From NCBI RefSeq assembly GCF_006345805.1, contig NC_043013.1:58652001-58716000 (forward strand): a stretch of DNA of 64,000 bases, given 5' to 3'. The notes below the pieces were generated by a model, which made no database searches, had not been told where the DNA came from, and saw only the letters and a program-made list of their open reading frames with translations. Of the stretch, positions 1 through 9,260 are shown piece by piece. This DNA is from Octopus sinensis. Lineage: Eukaryota. The stretch's first letter is position 1. Each line of letters begins with the position of its first letter. Position numbers and translations under genes: made by a program.

Positions 1-1062
1 CCGAGAGAGTCATTTCTGAAACTTTCATCCTGACAATTTCTTTTCGGAGGCCATGAGTAAATTCAGCGTGGCTGACCATGTTCGGAACCTAGCACAATAC
101 TGGGAGGGGAGTAACGTTGAGCCTGCAAATGTGAACAATGCTTGACATTTCCAGAAATTTCTGAAGGAATCTAATCGTTCTCTTATTTTGCACTTGAGAC
201 ATTTGGACGAAATTAGTGTTGGTGTTAAATTTTATTAAGATCATTGTACAAATTTAGATTTTTCAGAGAATTTAGCGAGTGGTTAATCGTATTTATGAAA
301 CCAATTACGAATTTGTACGTTAAAAAAAAATTTAATCGTTCTTTTATTTGCTCGCTACTGTATATATATAGAAAGAGAGAGAGACAGACAGGCAGACAGA
401 CATAGATAGATTACAAAAGTGAAACTCGTAAACGGGATGGTTCCTACTGTTACATTGGCTATAAAATTGCTACAAGCCTTCATAAACACACAATATGCAT
501 TCAGAATGGCTAAATGCAACACATTTCGCCGTGCCGCAAAAACAAATTAGACAAGATGATATCAGCAAATCACACATCGACATTAATTATATTTTCCAGA
601 AAACGATTAAAGGACGCATTAGCTAAAATCTAAGGCCAAAATGAAGACAAACACGAGCGCACACACTCATATACACGCAGACACGCACGCACACACACAC
701 ACACACATACACATTCGAAATGTGCGAGTGTGTGGAAATAATTACCTCAAATTTTATGTAAGACAGGTGTAAATTTCGAAGCTTTGTGAATAAGTTGGAA
801 GAATGAAATTTTCAGGAATCTCATTTTTAAGACATAAAAGACGAACTTAAATATGAAACATAATGAGTGACACAGAGATTGTGGTCGATGAGGAATGTCG
901 AAGTTATGTTATGGTTTCTCGAAATTTGTTCTTCAAAACTTCAAGAAACCTATACTAAAGTAGTTTAAACTACACCAGGTTATGTTTCCAAAGCAACTCC
1001 TGCACTCGGAAATTCACATGTATGCGTGTGTCTGCGTGTGTATGTTTGTATGTATGAGTGTG

Positions 1063-1102
<40 letters not shown>

Positions 1103-1238
1103 ACGAGCACGTGCATATCGATAGATATATAAAAGGACATGTGAAAATTAGTAACGATACATTATGTGAATCAAGGCTACAGGGATACTCGTTGCGTGAA
1201 CATCTATGCACACGTGCGTGCATACACACAGAAGTACT

Positions 1239-1471
1239 TATTTCTTTATTACCCACAAGGGGCTAAACATAGATGGGACAAACAAGGACAGACATAGGTA
1301 TTAAGTCGATTCCATCGACCCCAGTGCGTAACTGGTACTTAATTTATCGACCCCGAAAGGATGAAAGGCAAAGTCGACCTCGGCGGAATTTGATCTCACA
1401 GCGTAACGACAGACGAAATACGGCTACGCATTTCGCCCGACGTGCTAACGTTTCTGCCAGCTCGCCGCCTT
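1239..1471 (-). mobile_element. tRNA-derived SINE (family A), full length, with 14-bp target-site duplication
   Basis: Minus strand reads GGCGGCGAGCTGGCAGAAACGTTAG (A-box-like), a degenerate B box, central GGTCGACTTTGCCTTTCATCCTTTCGGGGTCGATAAA and tail CCCCTTGTGGGTAATAAAGAAATA. CACACAGAAGTACT flanks both sides (1225-1238, 1472-1485). Other copies at 28.1, 34.9 and 60.9 kb. Confidence 0.9.
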
Positions 1472-1603
1472 CACACAGAAGTACTAGCATCTACATCAAC
1501 ACACAGAGACACACATACATATATACATACATATATACATACATACATACATACATACATACATACATACATACATACATACTGTACATATGCCTATATG
1601 TGA

Positions 1604-1897
1604 AGGCGCGTGGCTTAGTGGTTGGGGCATTCGGCTCGTGAGTTCAATTCCCGGCGACGCGCTGTGTCCTTGAGCAGCACATTTTATTTCACGTTGCTCC
1701 TGCTGGTAAAAATGAGTAGTACCTGCATTACAAAGGGCCAACCTCGTCACACTCTGTGTCACGCTGAATCTCCGTGAGAACTACGTTAAGGGTACTCGTG
1801 TCTGTGGAGTGCTCAGCCACTTGCACGTTAATTTCACGAGCAAGCTGTTCCGTTTATCGTATGAGATGGAACCCTCGTCGTCGTAACCGACGGAGTG
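1604..1897 (+). mobile_element. tRNA-derived CORE-type SINE (family B)
   Basis: GGCGCGTGGCTTAGTGGTT A box, GAGTTCAATTCC B box, CORE-like GCTGTGTCCTTGAGCAGCAC, tail GGAACCCTCGTCGTCGTAACCGACGGAGTG shared with copies at 28.6-28.9 kb and 56.4-56.8 kb. Confidence 0.85.
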
Positions 1898-2275
1898 ATC
1901 CTACTGTACATATAACTACGTGTACAAATGTCTGTATAAAAATATTCTTGTTTAACAGATAAAGGTTTTTGAGAGCGACGTATACGTGAGACGGAGGCTG
2001 TTCTATTTCTGTATGCTTTTACATTCGCGCATTAAACAATATTTATTTAAATATGAATGCGTATGTGTGTGAATGCATGCATACACACATACATACATTC
2101 ATGCACGCACACACACATATATATATGTGTATGTTCATTCAGATGCGAAAAAAATATATATCTATATACACACATATATACATGTACATATACGCGCGTA
2201 ACTGTGTGTGTATACGTTTGTGTGTGTGCGTGTGTATGGGTGTGTACATTTTATGTACACGCCCTTCAATACGAA

Positions 2276-2318
<43 letters not shown>

Positions 2319-3251
2319 GTATGTAAATTCTACACTTTGTTTTCAATATTCCATTGTAATGAAGAATGGATTTTCACCGTTAACACAAACAAACAAAACA
2401 TACAACAAACAGCCACCTCAATTTGTCAATCCATAGAATCAGCTTTAATATTCACTGAAAATTCATTGAAACAAATCTTTCTTTTATACAATTTTTGTCT
2501 CTCTTTCTGGATTGTTTTCACGATCCGTAATGTAATATATTTCTTATTTCATACAATTTATTATTTAACCTTCAAAGTGAACCACAAGGTAAGTCTGGCC
2601 AACATATTTTTACATCGATTCGCACTTTAGGATCTCTGTGATTTTAAATCGCTTATTCTTTTATTCTTTGAAGTTTTAGCAAAGCCTATTTGGTGGCTTT
2701 TAATCTTATTATTCTGTCGAGAAAGACAAGCAATGGATTTTAGGTTTATTTGTTCCAGTTATTCTCTCCTCTCATAGCTGCCGATTTGTCAGATTTATTG
2801 CTTTCAGCCTGTATGCTTTTCCTCTATACATTCTTTTAACACCTTTCTATTAGTCTTTTAATGATGGTAAATATAACGGTAACATAATATTGTCGTTGCA
2901 GACACTCTGAGTAAGTGGAACACCATTTGACTTTTATACAGAATCAACATTGGACGTGAATCATCACTGATAAAAGAAAACCTAAACATCGTCAACACAA
3001 GCAAAATCACAAATCTAAGATACACAAAAAAAACATAGCAGACACAAACCCAAGCTAAAATTGTTATACACAAATAATATTGTATTCTAGCTGACTGTCA
3101 TAGACAAATATCAAGTATGATAAATCTTACAACCCAGATTTCGCCCGTTCGAATACTGCAACATACAGCGCGTTCAGCCCTTTTCTAGTCATTTTATTTT
3201 CTTTCCTCCATTTTCTTTCTATTTCATTCTAACAATACGTTAATTCTTTTG

Positions 3252-3290
<39 letters not shown>

Positions 3291-3515
3291 GAAATATTAA
3301 AATTACTAAGTCTCTCTAAAAGAGAACAGCGGCAGCGTTCCTGGAAAATAATAGTTATCACCATACTAATATGGCATTCTTATAAAAATAAGAATAAAGC
3401 TGTCCGCTTATTAGCTCCATGAGGCCATCGCCTTAAGTTAGCTATTTGATACACAACTGTATCCATATAGCCTTCGAACAAGGGAGGTCAGTCGCTCCAC
3501 ACTACTTGACCGGCA

Positions 3516-3562
3516 GCTACAGACGCGTTTCGGGGTATTGCCCCTTTTCAATGCAGCGTAGC
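3516..3562 (-). ncRNA. Type-I minimal hammerhead ribozyme, U3-A8 variant (copy 1)
   Basis: Minus strand: GCTGCA-TTGAAAA-GGGG(CAATA)CCCC-GAA-ACGCGT-C^TGTAGC. 6-bp helix I, 4-bp helix II, palindromic helix III, GUC site. Confidence 0.75.
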
Positions 3563-3877
3563 CAGACCAGTAGGTGTCGCTCCTGACAATCACTGTTCGA
3601 AGGTTTTATTTACCTAGTTTCGGTGGAATACATCCACTTGTTTTCAATAATAGAAATATTAAAATTACTAAGTCTCTCTAAAAGAGAACAGCGGCAGCGT
3701 TCCCGGAAAATAATAGTTATCGCCATACTAATATGGCATTCTTATAAAAATAAGAATAAAGCTGTCCGCTTATTAGCTCCATGAGGCCATCGCCTTAAGT
3801 TATCTATTTGATACACAACTGTATCCATATAACCTTCGAACAAGGGAGGTCAGTCGCTCCACACTACTTGACCGGCA

Positions 3878-3924
3878 GCTACAGACGCGTTTCGGGGTAT
3901 TGCCCCTTTTCAATGCAGCGTAGC
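3878..3924 (-). ncRNA. Type-I minimal hammerhead ribozyme, U3-A8 variant (copy 2)
   Basis: Identical to the motif at 3516-3562, 362 bp further along the + coordinates. Confidence 0.75.
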
Positions 3925-4048
3925 CATACCAGTAGGTGTCGCTTCTGACAATCACTGTTCGAAGGTTTTATTTACCTAGTTTCGGTGGAATGCATCCACT
4001 TGTTTTCAATAATAGAAATATTAAAATTACTAAGTCTCTCTAAAAGAG

Positions 4049-4052
<4 letters not shown>

Positions 4053-4092
<40 letters not shown>

Positions 4093-4176
4093 CGTGTGTG
4101 TGTGTGGTGTGTGTGTGTGTATGTGTGTGTATGTGTGTGTGTGTATGTGTGTGTGTGTGTATGTATATATATTTAC

Positions 4177-4212
<36 letters not shown>

Positions 4213-4239
4213 TATATATATATATACGTATATACATAC

Positions 4240-4330
<91 letters not shown>

Positions 4331-4335
4331 GTATA
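4053..4335. repeat. (TA)n/(TG)n compound microsatellite
   Basis: Direct reading; it is the source of the YIYI/VCVC pseudo-ORFs. Confidence 0.95.
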
Positions 4336-4892
4336 TAAAACTTAGATATGTTTCGACCAAAGATTGGTCCAGGCCATGTCTAACTTAATAGCATCACCTG
4401 ATAGGATTATCTAAATCCTGTTTAAGTCAAGTTTTGTTCAAGTTTTGTTTATGGTCCATTCAATTAGTGAGTTTTTGTTGGGTGAGTTGTATCCAATTAT
4501 GGGTGGCTTATCTGGTATTCCTTGGAGGAATCTATCCAGACTCCGTTTAAAGTTGATGGGATCTTTTCTTCTTTGATCTCTTTCGGGACAATGTTAAATA
4601 GGGCAGGGCCTGTTGAGGAAAAGAAATTATGTTGCAGTGTACATGTATGCTGTGATCTCGAATTGGGCAGGGGACGTATGGCCCGTGGTCCCAGTCTTGG
4701 ATAAACCTTGAAGCTAATGTTCAGGTCGTTTGGGCAAAGTTGGCGGTATATTCTCCACATCGTGCAAATGATGTACCGCTCGCGGCGACGCTGGAGAGAG
4801 TAGAGTTTCAAGGCTTTAAGGCGGTCCCAATAATCGAGAGCAGCTATGCCTTCAATTCGTTTAGTGAGTGCTCTCTGGGGTGATTCTGGCGC
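4336..4892 (-). mobile_element. 5'-truncated CR1-clade LINE, 3' end
   Basis: Minus translation ...DYWDRLKALKLYSLQRRRERYIICTMWRI... is homologous to YWERLKILRLYSLERRRERYAIIYIWKI at 26.2 kb but is a more diverged subfamily. Tail CATGGCC-stem-loop-GAAAC. Confidence 0.85.
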
Positions 4893-5598
4893 TCAGGAAT
4901 AGAAATAAAACAAGTCTTTTACGTTTCGAGCCTACGCTCTTCGACAGAAAGATACACAGAAAAGAAACAAGGAGAGAAACAAGGAGAGAAAAAAATGCGT
5001 GTAGGAGCCAACGATCCAATACGGCGTTCTGATTTCAGGCAGAAGTCAGAGATCAGAGGTCAGACGTTAGACGCTAGAGGGATAGTAGGGGAAATGAGAT
5101 GAGGATGAGTGAGGAGGAGGAGGAGGCGGAGGGAAAGGAGAAGGAAGGAGAGGAAGAGAAAGAGGGGGAGAGGAGGAGGGGTGTGAAAGGAGGGGAGAGG
5201 GGTAGGAGGGGGAGGGGAGGAGGGGTAGGATGGGGAGGGGAGGAGGAGGGGAGGGGAGAAAAGGTGAGTGAGGGAGCAGAGAGAAATAGAGAAGGTGAAG
5301 AGGGAAGAAGAAAGAAGAAAGAAGAGGGAAAGAAGGGAAGAGGAGGGAAAGAAAGTAGGGGTGAAAAGATGAAGGACTGAAGAGAAGTAGGTGTCGGGGG
5401 AGGTTAGATGAAAAGGGGGGGAGAGTTGAGACCAAATGGCGTAAAAGAGCGAAGAGAGAAGATTAATCCCTGTTCACGGCGCAAGAGGGAATCCGGATGG
5501 CCTCTGTGCAAGGACAATCCGAACACAGACAGGTTTTGCAAGGAGTGACTGGTGGAGCGGAAATGGCGTGAGACCGGTGTGTCATTGGCAAGGTGATA
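4893..5598 (-). mobile_element. 5'-truncated Penelope-like element: GIY-YIG C-terminus, pyrimidine-rich 3' UTR, pLTR
   Basis: ORF 5404-5625(-) contains PVSRHFRSTSHSLQNLSVFGL...RREQGLIFSLRSFTPFGLN, the PLE endonuclease C-terminal pattern H-F...H...R.E..I..L....P.GLN. It is truncated at (TA)n and has a hammerhead-like motif downstream. Confidence 0.8.
4914..4953 (-). ncRNA. Minimal hammerhead motif with A6>U core change (probably inactive)
   Basis: TCTTT-CTGTCGA-A-GAGC(GTAG)GCTC-GAA-ACGT-A^AAAGA. Sits in the PLE 3' region. Confidence 0.55.
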
Positions 5599-5623
5599 TA
5601 TATACGTATATATATATATACGC

Positions 5624-5680
<57 letters not shown>

Positions 5681-5702
5681 ATATATATATATATACGTAT
5701 AT

Positions 5703-5743
<41 letters not shown>

Positions 5744-5821
5744 TCAGGGTGAATACTTGATAAATGTAAGCACCTGTATAGGTGTTAGGATATATGTATC
5801 AAAAGAAAAACAGGACGCAAA

Positions 5822-5925
5822 GTATTTTGCGGTACATATGTTTCGGGCTTTATTGAACAACTTATTCTTATATCAATGCATAATTGATATAACAGATAGA
5901 TCAAAAGCCTTCTTCAGCCGCATAC
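5822..5925 (-). ncRNA. Type-I hammerhead ribozyme with canonical core and long helix II
   Basis: TGCGG-CTGAAGA-AGGCTTT...TTATATCAAT(TATGC)ATTGATATAA...AAAGCCC-GAA-ACATATGT-A^CCGCA. Palindromic helix III. Lies in a pLTR-like segment (about 5742-6058) next to (TA)n. Confidence 0.75.
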
Positions 5926-6058
5926 AATTACCACACCAAAGGCATGTATCACATTATAACAGGTTTCAGAAAGAGTTTGAGAAAAAACCGAGTTTCATTG
6001 GGAAAATAAATCCTCATAGGCGTACATGGTATTGCGAGACTCCAAAACAAATCGTCCA

Positions 6059-6136
6059 TACCTATTTCTTTACTACCCACAAGGGGCTAAACATAGAGGG
6101 GACAAACAAGGACAGACAAAGGGATTAAGTCGATTA
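6059..6136 (-). mobile_element. SINE family A 3' fragment
   Basis: TACCTATTTCTTTACTACCCACAAGGGGCTAAACATAGAGGGGACAAAC matches the tail at 1239-1300. Confidence 0.85.
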
Positions 6137-7027
6137 CCGTTTCTTCACTCGGTAAAGAATGAATACTGAGTAGATTACGTCATATAAGGGAAAGAATTGG
6201 ATGTTGAGAGAAAGAGGAAAGGAGGGGAAGGGGGTGAAACTTTAATGAAGTTGGGATCACAAAAAAGAAAATATATATATATATAAATTTAAACATAATT
6301 ATAAAGGATACATATAAAATATAATAAAAGTAAAGATGTAAAAAATAATAAGTATATAAAGATACAAAGGACGTCACGTATAGAGTCATAAATTCTAGAA
6401 ATGTATTGTGAAAGTGTAAACGGTACAAGAAATAAAGGGTAAAAGCTAAAATAAAGTAACAAAAATAAAAAGTAAGAAATAAAAAGAAAAAGAAAAAATA
6501 AGAGATAAAAAGCGAAAAATAAAAAAAATTAAAAGGTGAACATAAAGATAAAGTGAGATAAAAATAAAGAGATACAGAAGAATACATGGCGGTTAGAGAT
6601 GATGGGTTAGAGTTTTGATGCCGTGGTGGGTGTCGTAAATTATTTTTAATTATCTGGGGGGAGCGATATAGTAGTGGGCGAATGGTCAGTTAGTGGCAGT
6701 CCTAAGCTACATGCTCCAAGTCCAATAAGTCTGTATGTACGTGTGTGTCTACATACTTATCTACTTTCACATATGCGTCTGGTGCTAGTCTGGAAGTCGG
6801 TGTTAATATACAGTCCATGTCATCCTCAATCAACATATACATATATACATATACACACACATGTGTATATATATATATATACACATACACCCATATATAA
6901 GCACACACACATACACAAATCGACACACATATATATACGCATATACACACATATACACACACGCACATACACACACACACACCCATATACATATATACAT
7001 ATATATATACACACACACATATATATC

Positions 7028-7059
<32 letters not shown>

Positions 7060-7475
7060 TGTATATACACATATACATATACACATACAGGCACACATGT
7101 ACACATACATATACATACACATGCATACACCTACATGTATGCGTCCGTATGTGTTCACCCAAGTTCATGCATACACACACCTGCGTACATATGCATACAT
7201 ACGTATACACACGCCCATATGTGCATATAAGTATAAGCACATATATACAAACACACCCATATGCATAAAATATATATGCATATATACACCCACATGCACA
7301 GAAACCTGTACATCCATTCACATTCATATACGCGCGTGCATATGTACATGCATATAAACACATATACGTTTATATATATATATATACGTATATATATATA
7401 CGTATATACATATATATATATATATAATATATATATATATATTATATATAATATATATATATATATGTATATACG

Positions 7476-7531
<56 letters not shown>

Positions 7532-7544
7532 TTATGTATATACG

Positions 7545-7581
<37 letters not shown>

Positions 7582-7587
7582 ATATAT

Positions 7588-7638
<51 letters not shown>

Positions 7639-7731
7639 CAACAATTGAGGGCAAAATTAATTAATTATTAATCAATTTCACCAAGTGTTCAGTATGCAAA
7701 GGGACCATTCAAGGCGAATTCAAATTATTAC

Positions 7732-8083
7732 ATTATATAAAAGGGCTTAGTAAAATAAATTACTTTGCCGCATACTGAACTCATTAGAAATAGCAGCTAA
7801 AAAACTTTTTTAAAACTATTTCAAATACTTAAAGAAAATCTCTCTCATATATAGTGTTTGCTAATTCAACTCACAAAAGTTTGGGGGTAAGGACATCGAA
7901 AAATCAATTGATTTTTCGATGTCCTTACCCCCAAACTTTTGTGAGTTGAATTAAGCAAACACTATATATGAGAGAGATTTTCTTTAAGTATTTGAAATAG
8001 TTTTAAAAAAGTTTTTTAGCTGCTATTTCTAATGAGTTCAGTATGCGGCAAAGTAATTTATTTTACTAAGCCCTTTTATATAA

Positions 8084-8084
<1 letters not shown>
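7732..8084. repeat. 353-bp near-perfect palindrome without spacer
   Basis: Centre AAAATCAA|TTGATTTT at 7907/7908. The arms match except for one 1-nt indel (GCTAATTC vs GAATTAAGC). Long (TA)n tracts lie on both sides. Confidence 0.95.
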
Positions 8085-8129
<45 letters not shown>

Positions 8130-8131
8130 CG

Positions 8132-8228
<97 letters not shown>

Positions 8229-8289
8229 TTCCGGTTTCGTAGAACAACGACGTGTTTCCTTCGTTCCGGGAAAAAGAAAAAACAAGGAA

Positions 8290-9260
8290 AAAGGGATTGC
8301 ATAATCGACGAAATAATCTGCTAAAACTGATAAAAAACGTAGAACTTGTTATCTCATAGCGGTCTACTAGGATATAAGAGTTAAAAACCGTTTTATATAT
8401 TTCGCTTCAATCCAAATATAATACATTAAAGTTAGTTACGCACGCAAGATTCTCCGTCAAAAAAGCACGTGGTGGCAATTCGTAAGTTTATTTCCAGCCG
8501 CATAGGGACACGGATTTGGAATTTTTGCCTTTTGCGGCTAAGTACCATTTTCATTTGTTTAATTACCTGTAATTCAATGTAACGTCTGAGTTAGGACCTC
8601 ATCTTTGTTTACATTCTGTGAATAATTTTCTTTCAATTTCTGTTGCAGCGCCCACTTTGCTTTTATCAATTTCTCACTATATCTCTTTAAAATAATTCAA
8701 AAATCCTTTTCATTTATTTATGATATAAATTATAAATATATATATCTACAGATAGATATATATTTATAATTAGTTTAGAAGAGAACTTTCGTAGCTGCAG
8801 ATAGATATATTTATTTGTTACTTTATTTATATATTCTACTATTCAAGTAGAATCTTTTGCATAACTTCATCTCTTTCTTTTCTTTCTCTCTCTGTCTCCT
8901 CACTTCTCTCTATCACAACATCTTCCTTTTCTCAGCCCCTCCATCTTCCTAAATATATAGACGTGAACATTCTCCTCTCACTCAGTCTCACTTTCTTCTT
9001 ATCTTCTCTCAGCCGCTCAAGTTTTTGCATAACCTCCTCTCTTTCATTTCTTTCTCTTTCTGTCTCATCAATTCTCTCCTTCACGCCTCTTTCTCTGTCT
9101 CTTCACTTCTCTCTGTCACACCATCTTTCCTCTCAATCTTTCTTACTCTCTCTTACTCTCTTCTTATCTTCTCTCAGCTCTCAATCTCTCTAAATACATA
9201 GACACTTTCTTTCTCTGTTTCTTCTCTGCCCTTTATCACACTGTTAAATTTTAGATAGAT
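8290..9260 (-). mobile_element. Unclassified repeat module (possible non-autonomous Helitron) upstream of CR1 copy 1
   Basis: Homologous to 21770-22895. On the minus strand it starts A|TCTATCTAAAATTT at the LINE junction and contains CT-rich subrepeats. Confidence 0.4.

Larger units (their letters stand above)
3287..4052 (-). repeat. 362-bp tandem repeat (2.1 units) carrying a hammerhead motif; PLE pLTR/retrozyme-like
   Basis: Unit start AATAGAAATATTAAAATTAC at 3287, 3649 and 4011. Units are near-identical, the array is flanked by (TA)n on both sides, and I see no recognisable protein-coding ORF. Confidence 0.9.

Noticed and set aside
53-145. Short ORF MSKFSVADHVRNLAQYWEGSNVEPANVNNA
   Set aside because: 30 aa, upstream in-frame stop, no splice support or recognisable family.
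1604-1660. tRNA genes or CRISPR arrays
   Set aside because: The tRNA-like heads belong to SINEs and do not complete a cloverleaf; the short tandem repeats have no unique spacers and the DNA is eukaryotic.
982-2630. ORFs rich in VC/YI/HT dipeptides (also at 4.0, 6.7-7.6, 8.0, 15, 43, 53-55 and 60.5 kb)
   Set aside because: They are translations of (TG)n, (TA)n, (CA)n and (TACA)n microsatellites.
3135-3188. Possible Helitron 3' end (...TTTTCTAGT)
   Set aside because: No convincing subterminal hairpin and no 5' end identified.
4340-4380. Stem-loop plus GAAAC in LINE/SINE tails resembling half a hammerhead
   Set aside because: No CUGANGA-like strand or helix I partner; better explained as the RT recognition stem-loop.
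5067-5435. Pro/Ser/Leu-rich and Glu/Gly-rich ORFs
   Set aside because: Low-complexity purine/pyrimidine tract of the PLE 3' UTR.
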